The notes: a model not told the origin generated them from the sequence alone. A stretch of 35,518 nucleotides of DNA from Desulfobacteraceae bacterium (GCA_030642545.1 DAOWNP010000001.1:1-35518); one strand, 5' to 3'; shown: positions 10,132 to 19,102, counted from the stretch's first letter. Program-made: numbers and translations.

Positions 10132-10160
10132 TTGACATTTATCAATTCAAAATATAAATT
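10132..10160 (+). promoter_or_regulatory. candidate sigma-70 promoter (TTGACA-N17-TAAATT) upstream of kdsA
   Basis: A perfect -35 hexamer lies at 10132-10137, with a 4/6 -10 at a 17-nt spacing. It would give a ~210-nt leader containing the GC-rich inverted doublet. Confidence 0.2.
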
Positions 10161-10234
10161 AGATCATTATATTAAACATCTTGAAAGTCTAAAGTTCTTT
10201 TAAGTCATTGATATTATAAGTGTTGGTTCATTCT

Positions 10235-10322
10235 TGCCGTCATTCCGGCGAAAGCCTGCATCCAGAATAATTCCAACAACATAATAAAGCTGGATGCCGG
10301 ATCTTTGTCCGGCATGACGACA
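10235..10322. repeat. GC-rich imperfect inverted doublet (REPIN-like palindromic element)
   Basis: The left arm TGCCGTCATTCCGGCGAAAGCCTGCATCCAG (10235-10265) pairs with the reverse complement of the right arm (10290-10322). That is 26 of 31 positions plus a 2-nt indel, around a 24-nt AT-rich loop. Each arm has its own small hairpin (GCCGGA/TCCGGC; GGC-GAAA-GCC). Confidence 0.6.
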
Positions 10323-10378
10323 GAACTTTGGACTCTCAAGTTAAACATTATAAAATTTAAAGTTTTTAATAAAAAAAT

Positions 10379-11221
10379 ATGAATAAATTAAAATTTGGTC
10401 ACAACACTCCTTTTATGCTTATTGCAGGTCCATGTGTTATTGAAAACTATAACACCACATACGACATAGCTCTGTATTTAAAAAAACTTACAAAAAAACT
10501 TAATATTCCTTTTGTATTTAAAGCTTCCTACGACAAAGCAAACAGGACTTCAATAAACTCGTTTAGAGGCCCCGGTGTAAAAGATGGATTAGATATTCTT
10601 AATTCGATAAAAACAGAACTAAATATTAATATTCTTTCTGATGTACATAATATAGACGAAATACAACATGCTGCAAGGATATTAGATATAATACAGATTC
10701 CCGCATTTTTATGCAGACAAACAGATTTTATTCTTGAAATAGCAAGAACAGGCAAAACCGTCAATGTTAAAAAAGGTCAGTTTTTAGCTCCATGGGACAT
10801 AATTCCTGTTATAGAAAAAATAAAATCTACAGGAAATAATGACATATTTATAACCGAAAGAGGTACAATGTTTGGTTATAATAATCTTGTTGTCGATTTC
10901 AGAGGTATAAAAATCATGCAGGATAAAACAAATATACCTGTTATCTTTGATGCAACCCACAGTGTTCAATTACCTGGTGCAGGCGACAATTGCTCAGGCG
11001 GACAACGAAATCTTGCACCAACACTTGCAAAAGCTGCAATAGCGGCAGGAGCAGACGGGTTATTTATTGAAGTCCACCCAAATCCTGACCAGGCTCTTTG
11101 TGATGGACCAAATTCTTTAAAACTTGATGAAATAGAATCTCTTTTATCAGATCTTAAAGCTATAAACAGTATTATCAAACATTCTCAAAATGCTGCATCT
11201 TCCACATCAACAGGCATATAA
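10379..11221 (+). CDS. kdsA: 3-deoxy-8-phosphooctulonate (KDO8P) synthase
   Basis: Full-length match to the KdsA pattern (FKASYDKANR, QIPAFLCRQTD, KKGQF, FDATHSVQ). Cys in AGPCVIE suggests the metal-dependent class. Confidence 0.95.
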   Translation: MNKLKFGHNTPFMLIAGPCVIENYNTTYDIALYLKKLTKKLNIPFVFKASYDKANRTSINSFRGPGVKDGLDILNSIKTELNINILSDVHNIDEIQHAARILDIIQIPAFLCRQTDFILEIARTGKTVNVKKGQFLAPWDIIPVIEKIKSTGNNDIFITERGTMFGYNNLVVDFRGIKIMQDKTNIPVIFDATHSVQLPGAGDNCSGGQRNLAPTLAKAAIAAGADGLFIEVHPNPDQALCDGPNSLKLDEIESLLSDLKAINSIIKHSQNAASSTSTGI

Positions 11222-11248
11222 TATTATATACTATTATTTTTATATGAA

Positions 11249-11276
11249 AATGGTAAATTATGAATGGTAAATTATG
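11249..11276 (+). repeat. tandem duplication of 14-nt unit AATGGTAAATTATG (2 full copies plus partial)
   Basis: Read directly in the 230-nt kdsA-kdsC spacer. Confidence 0.7.
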
Positions 11277-11451
11277 AATTAAGGAATTCTACTAATTATA
11301 AAATGCCAGCCAAATATTATTTCATTTTCATGTTTTATTGTGCCTGTCAGGGCATGTGCGTTATACAAACTTATATACCCATTGTTTTGTATTTATTACA
11401 CTTTATAATAGTAACTTGTAAAAAGTTGAAATCAGATATAAATTTTAAACT

Positions 11452-11988
11452 ATGAAAACAAACTCTAATAAAATATTAACAGAAAAAATAATACCAGTTT
11501 CTATTTTGCTGTGTGATGTAGACGGAGTACTTACCAAAGGTGAAGTAATTTATAGTGATCAAGGAATTGAAACAAAAATTTTTAATGTTAAAGACGGGCT
11601 TGGCATAAGACTTTTAATAAATTCTGGTATAGATGTAGGAATTATTACAGGCAGGTCATCTTCTGCTCTTAAACAAAGATGTCATGATTTAGGTATCACT
11701 TTAATATATCAGGGCATAAAAAACAAAATAACCGCTTTAAATGAAATAATTAAAACAAAACAAATTAAAAAAGATGAGATAGCTTTTATAGGAGATGATC
11801 TTCCTGACCTCTGCCTTTTAAACAGAGTCGGTTTTCCTGTCACTGTTTCAGATGCAGATGAAACAGTAAAAAAAGCAGCGGCCTATATAACAACTGCAAA
11901 AGGCGGGTGTGGGGCTGTAAGAGAGGTTTGCGAACTCATACTCAAGTCAAAAGGAGTATGGAAAAACACAATTAAGTCTTTTATGTAA
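11452..11988 (+). CDS. kdsC: KDO 8-phosphate phosphatase (HAD-IIIA)
   Basis: DVDGVLT nucleophile motif, the GRSS..L block and GDDLPD. It sits in front of lptC-lptA-lptB. Confidence 0.9.
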   Translation: MKTNSNKILTEKIIPVSILLCDVDGVLTKGEVIYSDQGIETKIFNVKDGLGIRLLINSGIDVGIITGRSSSALKQRCHDLGITLIYQGIKNKITALNEIIKTKQIKKDEIAFIGDDLPDLCLLNRVGFPVTVSDADETVKKAAAYITTAKGGCGAVREVCELILKSKGVWKNTIKSFM

Positions 11989-12003
11989 ATTTAAAAATTA
12001 AAC

Positions 12004-12576
12004 ATGCAGATGTTCAATACAAAAAAAAAGCTATCTCTACTTTTCATAATATTTATCACTGTTTTTACTTTCACCTCTATTCTTTTTAAAAACCAAAATA
12101 AAAAAGAGATAAAAAAAGAAACTGTTAAACAATTTAACAATGCATCTCTTTCTCTTGACAGAATCAGACAAACAGCAACAAGTAACGGCATAACACAATG
12201 GGACCTTGAAGCAAAATCAGCAAAATTATTTGAAGATCAAAACAGAGTGGAATTTTTAAAAGTCTCAATTGTTTTTTTTTTAAAAAATAAAAAAAAAATT
12301 TTTCTTACAGCAAACAAAGGTTTATTAAACACGCAATCAAACAACATGTCTGTTTCCGGAAAAGTTATATTAAAATATCAAAAACATAAACTTTTAACCG
12401 AGTCATTGCAATACGACCATAAAAAACATATAATATATAATAAAAATTCTCTCGTTAAAGTTTTTAGTGATATAATAAATATAACAGGAAACTCAATAAA
12501 TATGGATCTTGATACAAATAAAACAATTATTTCTGGAAATGTTATTGGAATTATAAGTGAAAACAGCATATTATAA
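12004..12576 (+). CDS. lptC: LPS export system protein LptC
   Basis: A single N-terminal TM helix followed by a ~150-aa beta-jellyroll-like domain. It lies in the canonical position between kdsC and lptA and overlaps lptA by 20 nt. Confidence 0.75.
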   Translation: MQMFNTKKKLSLLFIIFITVFTFTSILFKNQNKKEIKKETVKQFNNASLSLDRIRQTATSNGITQWDLEAKSAKLFEDQNRVEFLKVSIVFFLKNKKKIFLTANKGLLNTQSNNMSVSGKVILKYQKHKLLTESLQYDHKKHIIYNKNSLVKVFSDIINITGNSINMDLDTNKTIISGNVIGIISENSIL

Positions 12577-13168
12577 AATTTTTATTTTTTTGGTTTTACT
12601 GGAGTTATGTTCTTCTGCTTTTACAAACAGTTTATTTGCAAACCAGATAAACAAGCAAAAGTCTTCAGGTACAATGGGCACAATGCCGATACTTGATGAC
12701 AAACTTGAGATAAACAAACAAGATAATAAAAACAATATTCTTATTCTGGCAGATAAATTTACTTCAGATCAAAAAACAGGTTGTGCAATATTTACAGGAA
12801 ATGTCAAAGCCACTCTAAAAAATAATGTTCTAACCTGCGGACAGCTCAAAATATTTTATAACAAAGACAGCAATAACAAAAATAACAAAGACAGCAGTAT
12901 GAATTCTGTAGGACAATCAGCAAAAAAAATTATTGCTGAAAAGAATGTCTACATACTTTTTGACAAAAACATAGCTGAATCAGATAAGGCAGTTTATACA
13001 ACATTAACAGAGATACTTGTTTTAACAGGAAAAAATGCAAAACTAACAACCGAAACCGATTATATTTCAGGCAGTAAAATTACTTATAATAAAAAAGACG
13101 CTCGTATTTTTGTTGAAAAAGGATTAAATAAACAGATAGAAGCTTTAATTTATCAAAATAACAGATAA
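12557..13168 (+). CDS. lptA: LPS transport periplasmic protein LptA (OstA-like)
   Basis: Signal peptide, OstA-type repeats (ILADKFTSDQKTGCAIFTGNVKA ... AESDKAVY ... LTG) and synteny. Confidence 0.85.
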   Translation: MKTAYYKIFIFLVLLELCSSAFTNSLFANQINKQKSSGTMGTMPILDDKLEINKQDNKNNILILADKFTSDQKTGCAIFTGNVKATLKNNVLTCGQLKIFYNKDSNNKNNKDSSMNSVGQSAKKIIAEKNVYILFDKNIAESDKAVYTTLTEILVLTGKNAKLTTETDYISGSKITYNKKDARIFVEKGLNKQIEALIYQNNR

Positions 13169-13196
13169 ATCTTTAAAAAAAGTTATATTTATACTA

Positions 13197-13919
13197 ATGT
13201 TAAATTTACGACTTGAAAAACTTGTTAAAATTTATAATGATAGAACTGTGGTAAATTCAGTAAGCCTTAAAGTTACAAGTGGTAAAGTTATAGGTTTGCT
13301 TGGTCCAAACGGAGCTGGCAAAACAACAACATTTTATATGGCTGTAGGTATGATAAAACCGGAAAATGGACATGTATTTCTTGATCAGGAAGATATAACA
13401 AATATGCCTATGTATTTAAGAGCCCGAAAAGGTATTGGATATTTGCCTCAGGAATCATCCATATTTAAAAAATTAACAGTAGAGGAAAATATAACTGCAA
13501 TTCTTGAAATTCTGCCAATTAAGAAATCAGACTATAAGGCAACGGGACAGATGTTGTTAAAAGAACTCGGAATACAACACCTGTCAAAACAAAAAGCCAG
13601 CAGTCTTTCAGGAGGAGAAAGAAGACGGCTTGAAATTGCACGGGTTCTATCAACAAAACCGTCTTTCATCTTGTTAGATGAACCTTTTGCAGGAATTGAT
13701 CCTCTCGCAATAATTGATATACAAAAAATAATACGCTATCTTTGCAAAAAAAAGATAGGCGTTCTTATTTCAGATCACAACGTAAGGGAAACACTTGGGG
13801 TTTGCGATACTGCTTATATCTTAAACAATGGACAGGTAATTGAATCAGGAACACCTGAGGAAATTACAAACAGCAAAATCGCACGTAAAATTTATTTAGG
13901 TGAAAAATTTAAACTTTAA
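13197..13919 (+). CDS. lptB: LPS export ABC transporter ATP-binding protein LptB
   Basis: Walker A GPNGAGKTT, signature LSGGERRRLEIAR, Walker B ILLDEPFAGIDP, 240 aa. Confidence 0.95.
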   Translation: MLNLRLEKLVKIYNDRTVVNSVSLKVTSGKVIGLLGPNGAGKTTTFYMAVGMIKPENGHVFLDQEDITNMPMYLRARKGIGYLPQESSIFKKLTVEENITAILEILPIKKSDYKATGQMLLKELGIQHLSKQKASSLSGGERRRLEIARVLSTKPSFILLDEPFAGIDPLAIIDIQKIIRYLCKKKIGVLISDHNVRETLGVCDTAYILNNGQVIESGTPEEITNSKIARKIYLGEKFKL

Positions 13920-13922
13920 AAT

Positions 13923-15353
13923 ATGGCATTCGAACTTAAACAATCTTTAAAGCTTTCTCAGCAGTTGGTGATGACTCCACAACTGCAAATGGCAATTAAA
14001 CTTCTTCAGCTGAATCAACTTGAACTCCAGAATGCAATAACTCAGGAGTTAAAGGAGAATCCGACTCTTGAAGAGACACAAGAGACAGCTGATGAAAATA
14101 TAGCAGACCAACAGGTATCTGAAAACAGTGAAGCTGAAATAAAAGAAGTTAAATTTGAGGATAATGTTCAACAAGAAATTGATTGGAACAACTATCTCGG
14201 TGAATATAATTCTCACGGGAAAGCACAATATGAATCAGAAAAAAAAGATGCCCCTGAATATGATTCTTTTATTGCTCTCAAAGAATCTTTAAACGAACAT
14301 TTACTATGGCAGTTTTCAATGACATCTCCTGAGTCTGCCTCTGAAAAAATCGGGAGCTTTATAATAGGAAATATAAATAAAGACGGCTATCTTTATGATA
14401 TATCTGTAGAAGAAATTGCAGATAAAACCCATACATCTGTTGAAAAAGTCAGTTCAGTTTTATCTCTTATACAAACTTTCGATCCTCCAGGAGTATGTGC
14501 AAGGAACCTGTCTGAATGTCTGTTGCTCCAATTAGACAGGCTTATGATAAAAAATGAAAAAATAAAACAGATAGTTAAAAATCATATAAAACATCTTGAA
14601 AATAAAAATTATAAACTTATAGCCAAATCATTAAAAATAAGCATTGAAGAAGTTATATCACTGGTACAGATAATTAAAAATTTAGAACCAAAACCAGGCA
14701 GGCTATTTTCAGATGAAACACCCCAATATATCAATCCTGATATATATGTTCATAAAATAGATGATGATTTTGTTATTGTATTAAATAATGAAGGAATGCC
14801 TTTATTAAAAATAAATCCTTATTATAAAAAAGCAGTATCTCAGAAAAAAATTATTGAAGCTGACACCAAGGAATATCTCCAGGAAAAAATGCGTTCTGCC
14901 ACCTGGCTGATAAAAAGCATTCACCAAAGACAAAAAACAATATATAAAGTCATGCAAAGTATTTTAAAGTTTCAGCATGACTTTTTTGAAAAAGGAATTT
15001 CTTTTTTAAAACCAATGATTCTAAAAGATGTAGCTACTGACATTGATATGCATGAATCCACCATCAGCAGAGTAACCACTAATAAATATGCATATACACC
15101 TCAGGGTATTTTTGAGCTTAAATATTTTTTTAACAGTTCCATAAAACGTTCCCATGGAGAAAATATAGCTTCTGCAAGTGTTCAGGAAAAAATCAAAAAA
15201 ATCATTGAAAACGAAAACAGTAAAAAACCATACAGCGATGACAAAATATCTGAAATTCTAAAGGATTCAAATATTAACATTGCAAGAAGAACCGTTGCCA
15301 AGTACCGTGAAATGATCGGTATATTATCGTCAAACAAACGCAAACAATTTTAA
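13923..15353 (+). CDS. rpoN: RNA polymerase sigma-54 factor
   Basis: Region I (LKQSLKLSQQLVMTPQLQMAIKLLQL), the HTH and the RpoN box (ARRTVAKYRE). Confidence 0.97.
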   Translation: MAFELKQSLKLSQQLVMTPQLQMAIKLLQLNQLELQNAITQELKENPTLEETQETADENIADQQVSENSEAEIKEVKFEDNVQQEIDWNNYLGEYNSHGKAQYESEKKDAPEYDSFIALKESLNEHLLWQFSMTSPESASEKIGSFIIGNINKDGYLYDISVEEIADKTHTSVEKVSSVLSLIQTFDPPGVCARNLSECLLLQLDRLMIKNEKIKQIVKNHIKHLENKNYKLIAKSLKISIEEVISLVQIIKNLEPKPGRLFSDETPQYINPDIYVHKIDDDFVIVLNNEGMPLLKINPYYKKAVSQKKIIEADTKEYLQEKMRSATWLIKSIHQRQKTIYKVMQSILKFQHDFFEKGISFLKPMILKDVATDIDMHESTISRVTTNKYAYTPQGIFELKYFFNSSIKRSHGENIASASVQEKIKKIIENENSKKPYSDDKISEILKDSNINIARRTVAKYREMIGILSSNKRKQF

Positions 15354-15366
15354 GGAGGCTTTTTTT

Positions 15367-15921
15367 ATGCAAATATCTGTTACTTTTAAGAACCTTGATC
15401 CCTCCGAACATCTTAAATCGTATATCAAAGAAAAATTAAACAAGTTTGACAAATTTTTTGATAATTATGCAGAAGCAAAAGTCGTTTTATCTATTGAAAA
15501 ATTCCGCCATATAGCAGAAATAAAACTTTTAAGCGGTAAATTACAGGTAAATAGTAAAGAAGAAACACATGATATGTATCCTGCCATTGATATGGTATTA
15601 GACAAATTAGAAAAACAAATCAAAAAAAATAAACAGAAACAAAAAATTAAAACCAGAGGTTTTAAAGCCAGGCAGATGGGAAATGAGTTTATAAGAGACG
15701 ATCATGCCAATCAGGCAGAAACAGCTCAATACGAAATTATTGATAAAACTCTGTCATATACCTCTATAGAGGTTAATGAAGCCATTATGCAAATGAAAAT
15801 GACTGATACTGATTTCTTTGTATTTACAAACATAAAAACAGATAAAATAAATATTCTTCGTATGCAGGATGATAATAAATTTGAATTAATTCAGCCTGAT
15901 AACAACAACAATAACAATTAG
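15367..15921 (+). CDS. hpf: ribosome hibernation promoting factor, long form
   Basis: S30AE/YfiA N-domain (MQISVTFKNLDPSEHLKSYI..) plus a C-terminal dimerisation domain. AAGGAGG SD is present. It lies in the canonical position after rpoN. Confidence 0.93.
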   Translation: MQISVTFKNLDPSEHLKSYIKEKLNKFDKFFDNYAEAKVVLSIEKFRHIAEIKLLSGKLQVNSKEETHDMYPAIDMVLDKLEKQIKKNKQKQKIKTRGFKARQMGNEFIRDDHANQAETAQYEIIDKTLSYTSIEVNEAIMQMKMTDTDFFVFTNIKTDKINILRMQDDNKFELIQPDNNNNNN

Positions 15922-15950
15922 ATAAATTTGGAAAAATCGGTTAAACATTA

Positions 15951-16409
15951 ATGGAAATACTTGATTTATTAAAAAAAGAGACAATCAAAGTTGATCTTAA
16001 ATCTAAAAATAAAAGGGGTATATTAAATGAACTTGTAGCTCCCATTGCCGATAAGTACAAAATCAAGCAGGATAAAATTGTTAAAGTTCTCCTTGAACGG
16101 GAAAAACTCGGCAGCACCGGTATAGGAGATGGTATTGGAATTCCTCACGGAAAATTACAGGACATAGATTCATTTATATTGGGACTTGGAATAAGCAAAC
16201 AGGGAGTTGACTTTGACTCAATGGATGGAAAACCTGCATATATCTTTTTTTTATTAATTGCACCTGTAGATTCAACAGGCACCCATTTAAAATTATTATC
16301 AAAAATTTCAAAAATCCTTAGAAATGAACTTTTTAGAGAAAAGCTGATAAATGCTATAAATTCAGACGAGATCCTCTCTTTAATACAAAAAGAGAATGAA
16401 AAAATTTGA
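15951..16409 (+). CDS. ptsN: PTS-Ntr EIIA (nitrogen regulatory IIA protein)
   Basis: EIIA-Fru/Ntr fold with the GIGIPHGK phospho-His motif, plus synteny. Confidence 0.9.
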   Translation: MEILDLLKKETIKVDLKSKNKRGILNELVAPIADKYKIKQDKIVKVLLEREKLGSTGIGDGIGIPHGKLQDIDSFILGLGISKQGVDFDSMDGKPAYIFFLLIAPVDSTGTHLKLLSKISKILRNELFREKLINAINSDEILSLIQKENEKI

Positions 16410-16460
16410 TAAAAACAGAGTTTTTAATTATTAAATCTTATTATTGTTTTATTTTATATT

Positions 16461-17330
16461 ATGGATAAATCTAATATATATATTATAACAGGGCTTTCAG
16501 GAGCAGGGAAAAGTACAACACTGGCAGTTTTTGAAGATGCCGGATTTTATTGTGTTGATAACCTTCCTGTGGCTTTACTCCCAGAATTTCTTAAAATACC
16601 CATTGAAAACAAACCTAATATTAAAGGATTTGCCTTTGTTATGGATCTTCGTGAAAAAGATTTTACAACAAAGGCACCTGTTATATTTAATATGTTAAAA
16701 GCTCAAGGATTTCTATTAAAAATTATTTTTCTTGAAGCTGCTTTTAATGTTCTAATAAAAAGATTCAGTCAAACAAGAAGACAGCATCCTTTAACATTTA
16801 AAAATAATTTACACCAAAGTATACATGAAGAGATAAAACAACTTTCACCAGTCAAACTAATTTCAGACAAAATAATCGACACTACAAAAAGCAACATACA
16901 CCAATTAAAAACCATCATCATTAAATCTATCATAAAAGAAGAGATTACAACAAACCACCTGATGTATATATATATATTGTCATTTGGTTTTAAATATGGT
17001 ATTCCTGTTGATGCTGATTTGATTATAGATGTACGGTTTCTTGCAAATCCCTATTTTGTTCCACAACTAAAAGATCTTAATGGAGAAAACAAACTTGTCA
17101 GTGATTATGTTTTAAATAACAAAAATGCTACAATTTTTTTAGAAAAATATTTTAGCCTTATTGATTTTTTAATTCCCCTTTACAACAAGGAAGGAAAAGC
17201 TTACTTAACAATAGCAATTGGTTGCACAGGAGGAAAACATCGAAGTGTTGCCATTTCAACAAAGGTGTTAAATCATATTGTAAAACTTGATTATTTAGTT
17301 TCTGTTACACATAGAGACATAAAAAAATAG
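16461..17330 (+). CDS. rapZ: RNase adaptor protein RapZ (P-loop NTPase YhbJ family)
   Basis: Walker A GLSGAGKST, FYCVDNLP and the C-terminal GCTGGKHRSV motif. Confidence 0.93.
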   Translation: MDKSNIYIITGLSGAGKSTTLAVFEDAGFYCVDNLPVALLPEFLKIPIENKPNIKGFAFVMDLREKDFTTKAPVIFNMLKAQGFLLKIIFLEAAFNVLIKRFSQTRRQHPLTFKNNLHQSIHEEIKQLSPVKLISDKIIDTTKSNIHQLKTIIIKSIIKEEITTNHLMYIYILSFGFKYGIPVDADLIIDVRFLANPYFVPQLKDLNGENKLVSDYVLNNKNATIFLEKYFSLIDFLIPLYNKEGKAYLTIAIGCTGGKHRSVAISTKVLNHIVKLDYLVSVTHRDIKK

Positions 17331-17418
17331 TAAGGAACGTGGACACGAAATAAATTTGCTATAATACATCATAGCTTCAGTACCTATCTTGTATAAGTTA
17401 ATTCACCATGTTCCTTTT
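17331..17418 (+). repeat. 88-nt element bounded by 11-bp inverted repeats; copy A of a dispersed intergenic repeat
   Basis: AAGGAACGTGG (17332-17342) pairs with CCATGTTCCTT (17406-17416). The first ~60 nt are homologous to 35434-35495. Confidence 0.6.
17357..17365 (+). promoter_or_regulatory. candidate extended -10 promoter element TGCTATAAT
   Basis: Perfect TGnTATAAT. TGGACA lies only 14 nt upstream, so the -35 is doubtful. It points towards EIIA-gap-tpiA-secG. Confidence 0.3.
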
Positions 17419-17434
17419 AGCGTTTACAGGTCAC

Positions 17435-17495
17435 TATATCTGCTGTTACTGACAGATACTTGAAATTTAATAAAGTACATATATCTGCCGTATCC
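17435..17495 (+). repeat. direct repeats TATATCTGCTGTTAC / TATATCTGCCGTATC with inverted half sites nearby
   Basis: The copies start at 17435 and 17480, with the first 9 nt identical and 12 of 15 overall. Inverted CAGATAC lies at 17453-17459 and CAGATAT at 17545-17551. Confidence 0.5.
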
Positions 17496-17634
17496 ACACC
17501 TTATACCTGCAGCACCCTGTATTCGTTTATTATTTGATGACTTACAGATATCCGATGTGAACAATTACAAAAAACAAGAGTTTTACAAAAAATGGTTTAA
17601 ATAATTTTGTCAATATTTTTAAGCCTGAGGTATT

Positions 17635-18057
17635 ATGATAGGAATTCTTATTGCTACACATTGCAGACTTGGTGAAGCATTAATTGAATCTGCCGAGTTT
17701 ATATTAAACAAAAAACCGGAGTTTCTTGAAGCTGTTTCAATAGATATCAATGAAAACACAGATTTTTTGTGCAAAAAAATAAAAAAAGGATTAAAAAAAG
17801 TAAATAATCAACAAGGTATATTGATTTTAACAGATATGTTTGGTGGAACACCATCAAACTTAAGTTATACTTTTCTTGAAGAAGGACATATTGAAGTCTT
17901 ATCTGGTGTAAATCTGCCAATTTTATTAAAAGCTATAAATATAAGAAAAAAAGATGTAAGTGAAGCGGCAAAACTAATAGAAGAACAAGGGAAAAAGAGT
18001 ATCTCACTTGCAAGTGGAATATTAAAAGGAAACAAAAAAACTAATTTCTCTCTTTGA
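17635..18057 (+). CDS. PTS EIIA component, mannose/fructose family
   Basis: MIGILIATHCRLGEAL places the active-site His near residue 9-10. The length of ~140 aa is typical of the EIIA-Man domain. GAGG SD is present. Confidence 0.85.
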   Translation: MIGILIATHCRLGEALIESAEFILNKKPEFLEAVSIDINENTDFLCKKIKKGLKKVNNQQGILILTDMFGGTPSNLSYTFLEEGHIEVLSGVNLPILLKAINIRKKDVSEAAKLIEEQGKKSISLASGILKGNKKTNFSL

Positions 18058-18097
18058 TTATTTATATAAATTTTAACTTTAAAGGAGGTTAATAAAA

Positions 18098-19102
18098 ATG
18101 AGTATTAAATTAGGTATTAATGGCTTCGGCAGAATAGGTCGAATGATTTTCAGAGCAGCATTAAAACACTCTGATGTTGAAGTTGTAGCTATAAACGATC
18201 TTACTAACCCTGAAACGTTAGCCTATCTCCTATCCTATGATTCTGTACATGGTAAATTAGATAATGAAATTATTGCGGAAGAAAATTCCATTATTGTTGA
18301 TGGTAAAAAAATTGAAGTAACATCTGTTAAAAACCCATCAGAGCTTAAATGGAAAGATTACAATGTTGATATAGCAGCAGAATGTACCGGACTTTTCGTT
18401 GATCGTGAAAATGCTTCGAAACATCTTGATGCAGGAGCAAAAAAAGTTATTATTTCCGCTCCAGCAAAAAACCCTGATACAACAATTGTTATGGGTGTTA
18501 ACTCTGATTCATACGATAAAGACAAACATCACATAATATCCAATGCTTCCTGTACGACTAACTGTCTTGCCCCTGTTGCCAAAATATTGTTAGATAATTT
18601 TGGTGTAAAATGTGGGCTTATGACCACAATACATTCATATACAGGCGACCAGCGTCTTTTGGATTTTCCCCATAAAGATTTACGGAGAGCAAGAGCTGCA
18701 GCATTATCCATGATACCAACAACAACAGGTGCCGCAAAAGCCGTAGCATTAGTCCTTCCTCAATTAAAAGGCAAATTAAACGGTCTTGCTGTCCGGGTTC
18801 CGACTCCGAATGTTTCAATTGTAGATATCTGTGTAAACATTGAAAAATCAGGCATAACAAAAGATGATATAAATAATGCAATGAAAGAGGCTGCTGAATC
18901 CTCTCTTAAAGGAATTTTGGGGTTTAGTAATCTGCCACTGGTCTCTTCTGACTTTAACGGAACAGCCTTATCATCTGTCGTCGACGGACCCACTACATAT
19001 GTTATTGATGATATGGTAAAAATACTTTCATGGTATGATAATGAAACAGGTTATTCAACAAGGATGGTTGATCTTGCCGCAATGATAGGCTCAAAGCTTT
19101 AA
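18098..19102 (+). CDS. gap: type I glyceraldehyde-3-phosphate dehydrogenase
   Basis: NGFGRIGR NAD motif, the active site SNASCTTNCLAP, and WYDNE. Confidence 0.97.
   Translation: MSIKLGINGFGRIGRMIFRAALKHSDVEVVAINDLTNPETLAYLLSYDSVHGKLDNEIIAEENSIIVDGKKIEVTSVKNPSELKWKDYNVDIAAECTGLFVDRENASKHLDAGAKKVIISAPAKNPDTTIVMGVNSDSYDKDKHHIISNASCTTNCLAPVAKILLDNFGVKCGLMTTIHSYTGDQRLLDFPHKDLRRARAAALSMIPTTTGAAKAVALVLPQLKGKLNGLAVRVPTPNVSIVDICVNIEKSGITKDDINNAMKEAAESSLKGILGFSNLPLVSSDFNGTALSSVVDGPTTYVIDDMVKILSWYDNETGYSTRMVDLAAMIGSKL

Noticed and set aside
9916-10378. The strand switch of two long co-oriented gene blocks, plus a DnaA-box-like TATCCACA at 17491-17498, as a possible replication origin.
   Set aside because: There is only one 8/9 DnaA-box match, and it is not at the strand switch. 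There is no box cluster, no dnaA/dnaN nearby and no AT-rich unwinding repeats that I could define.
15904-15921. The poly-Asn tail (NNNNNN) of HPF and similar Asn/Lys runs in other proteins.
   Set aside because: This is a compositional consequence of the AT-rich genome (AAT/AAC runs), not a functional signal.
17331-17634. A CRISPR array or leader, suggested by the short direct repeats.
   Set aside because: There are only two ~15-nt direct copies plus half sites, with irregular spacing. There is no 24-48-nt repeat unit and no cas genes anywhere in the window.
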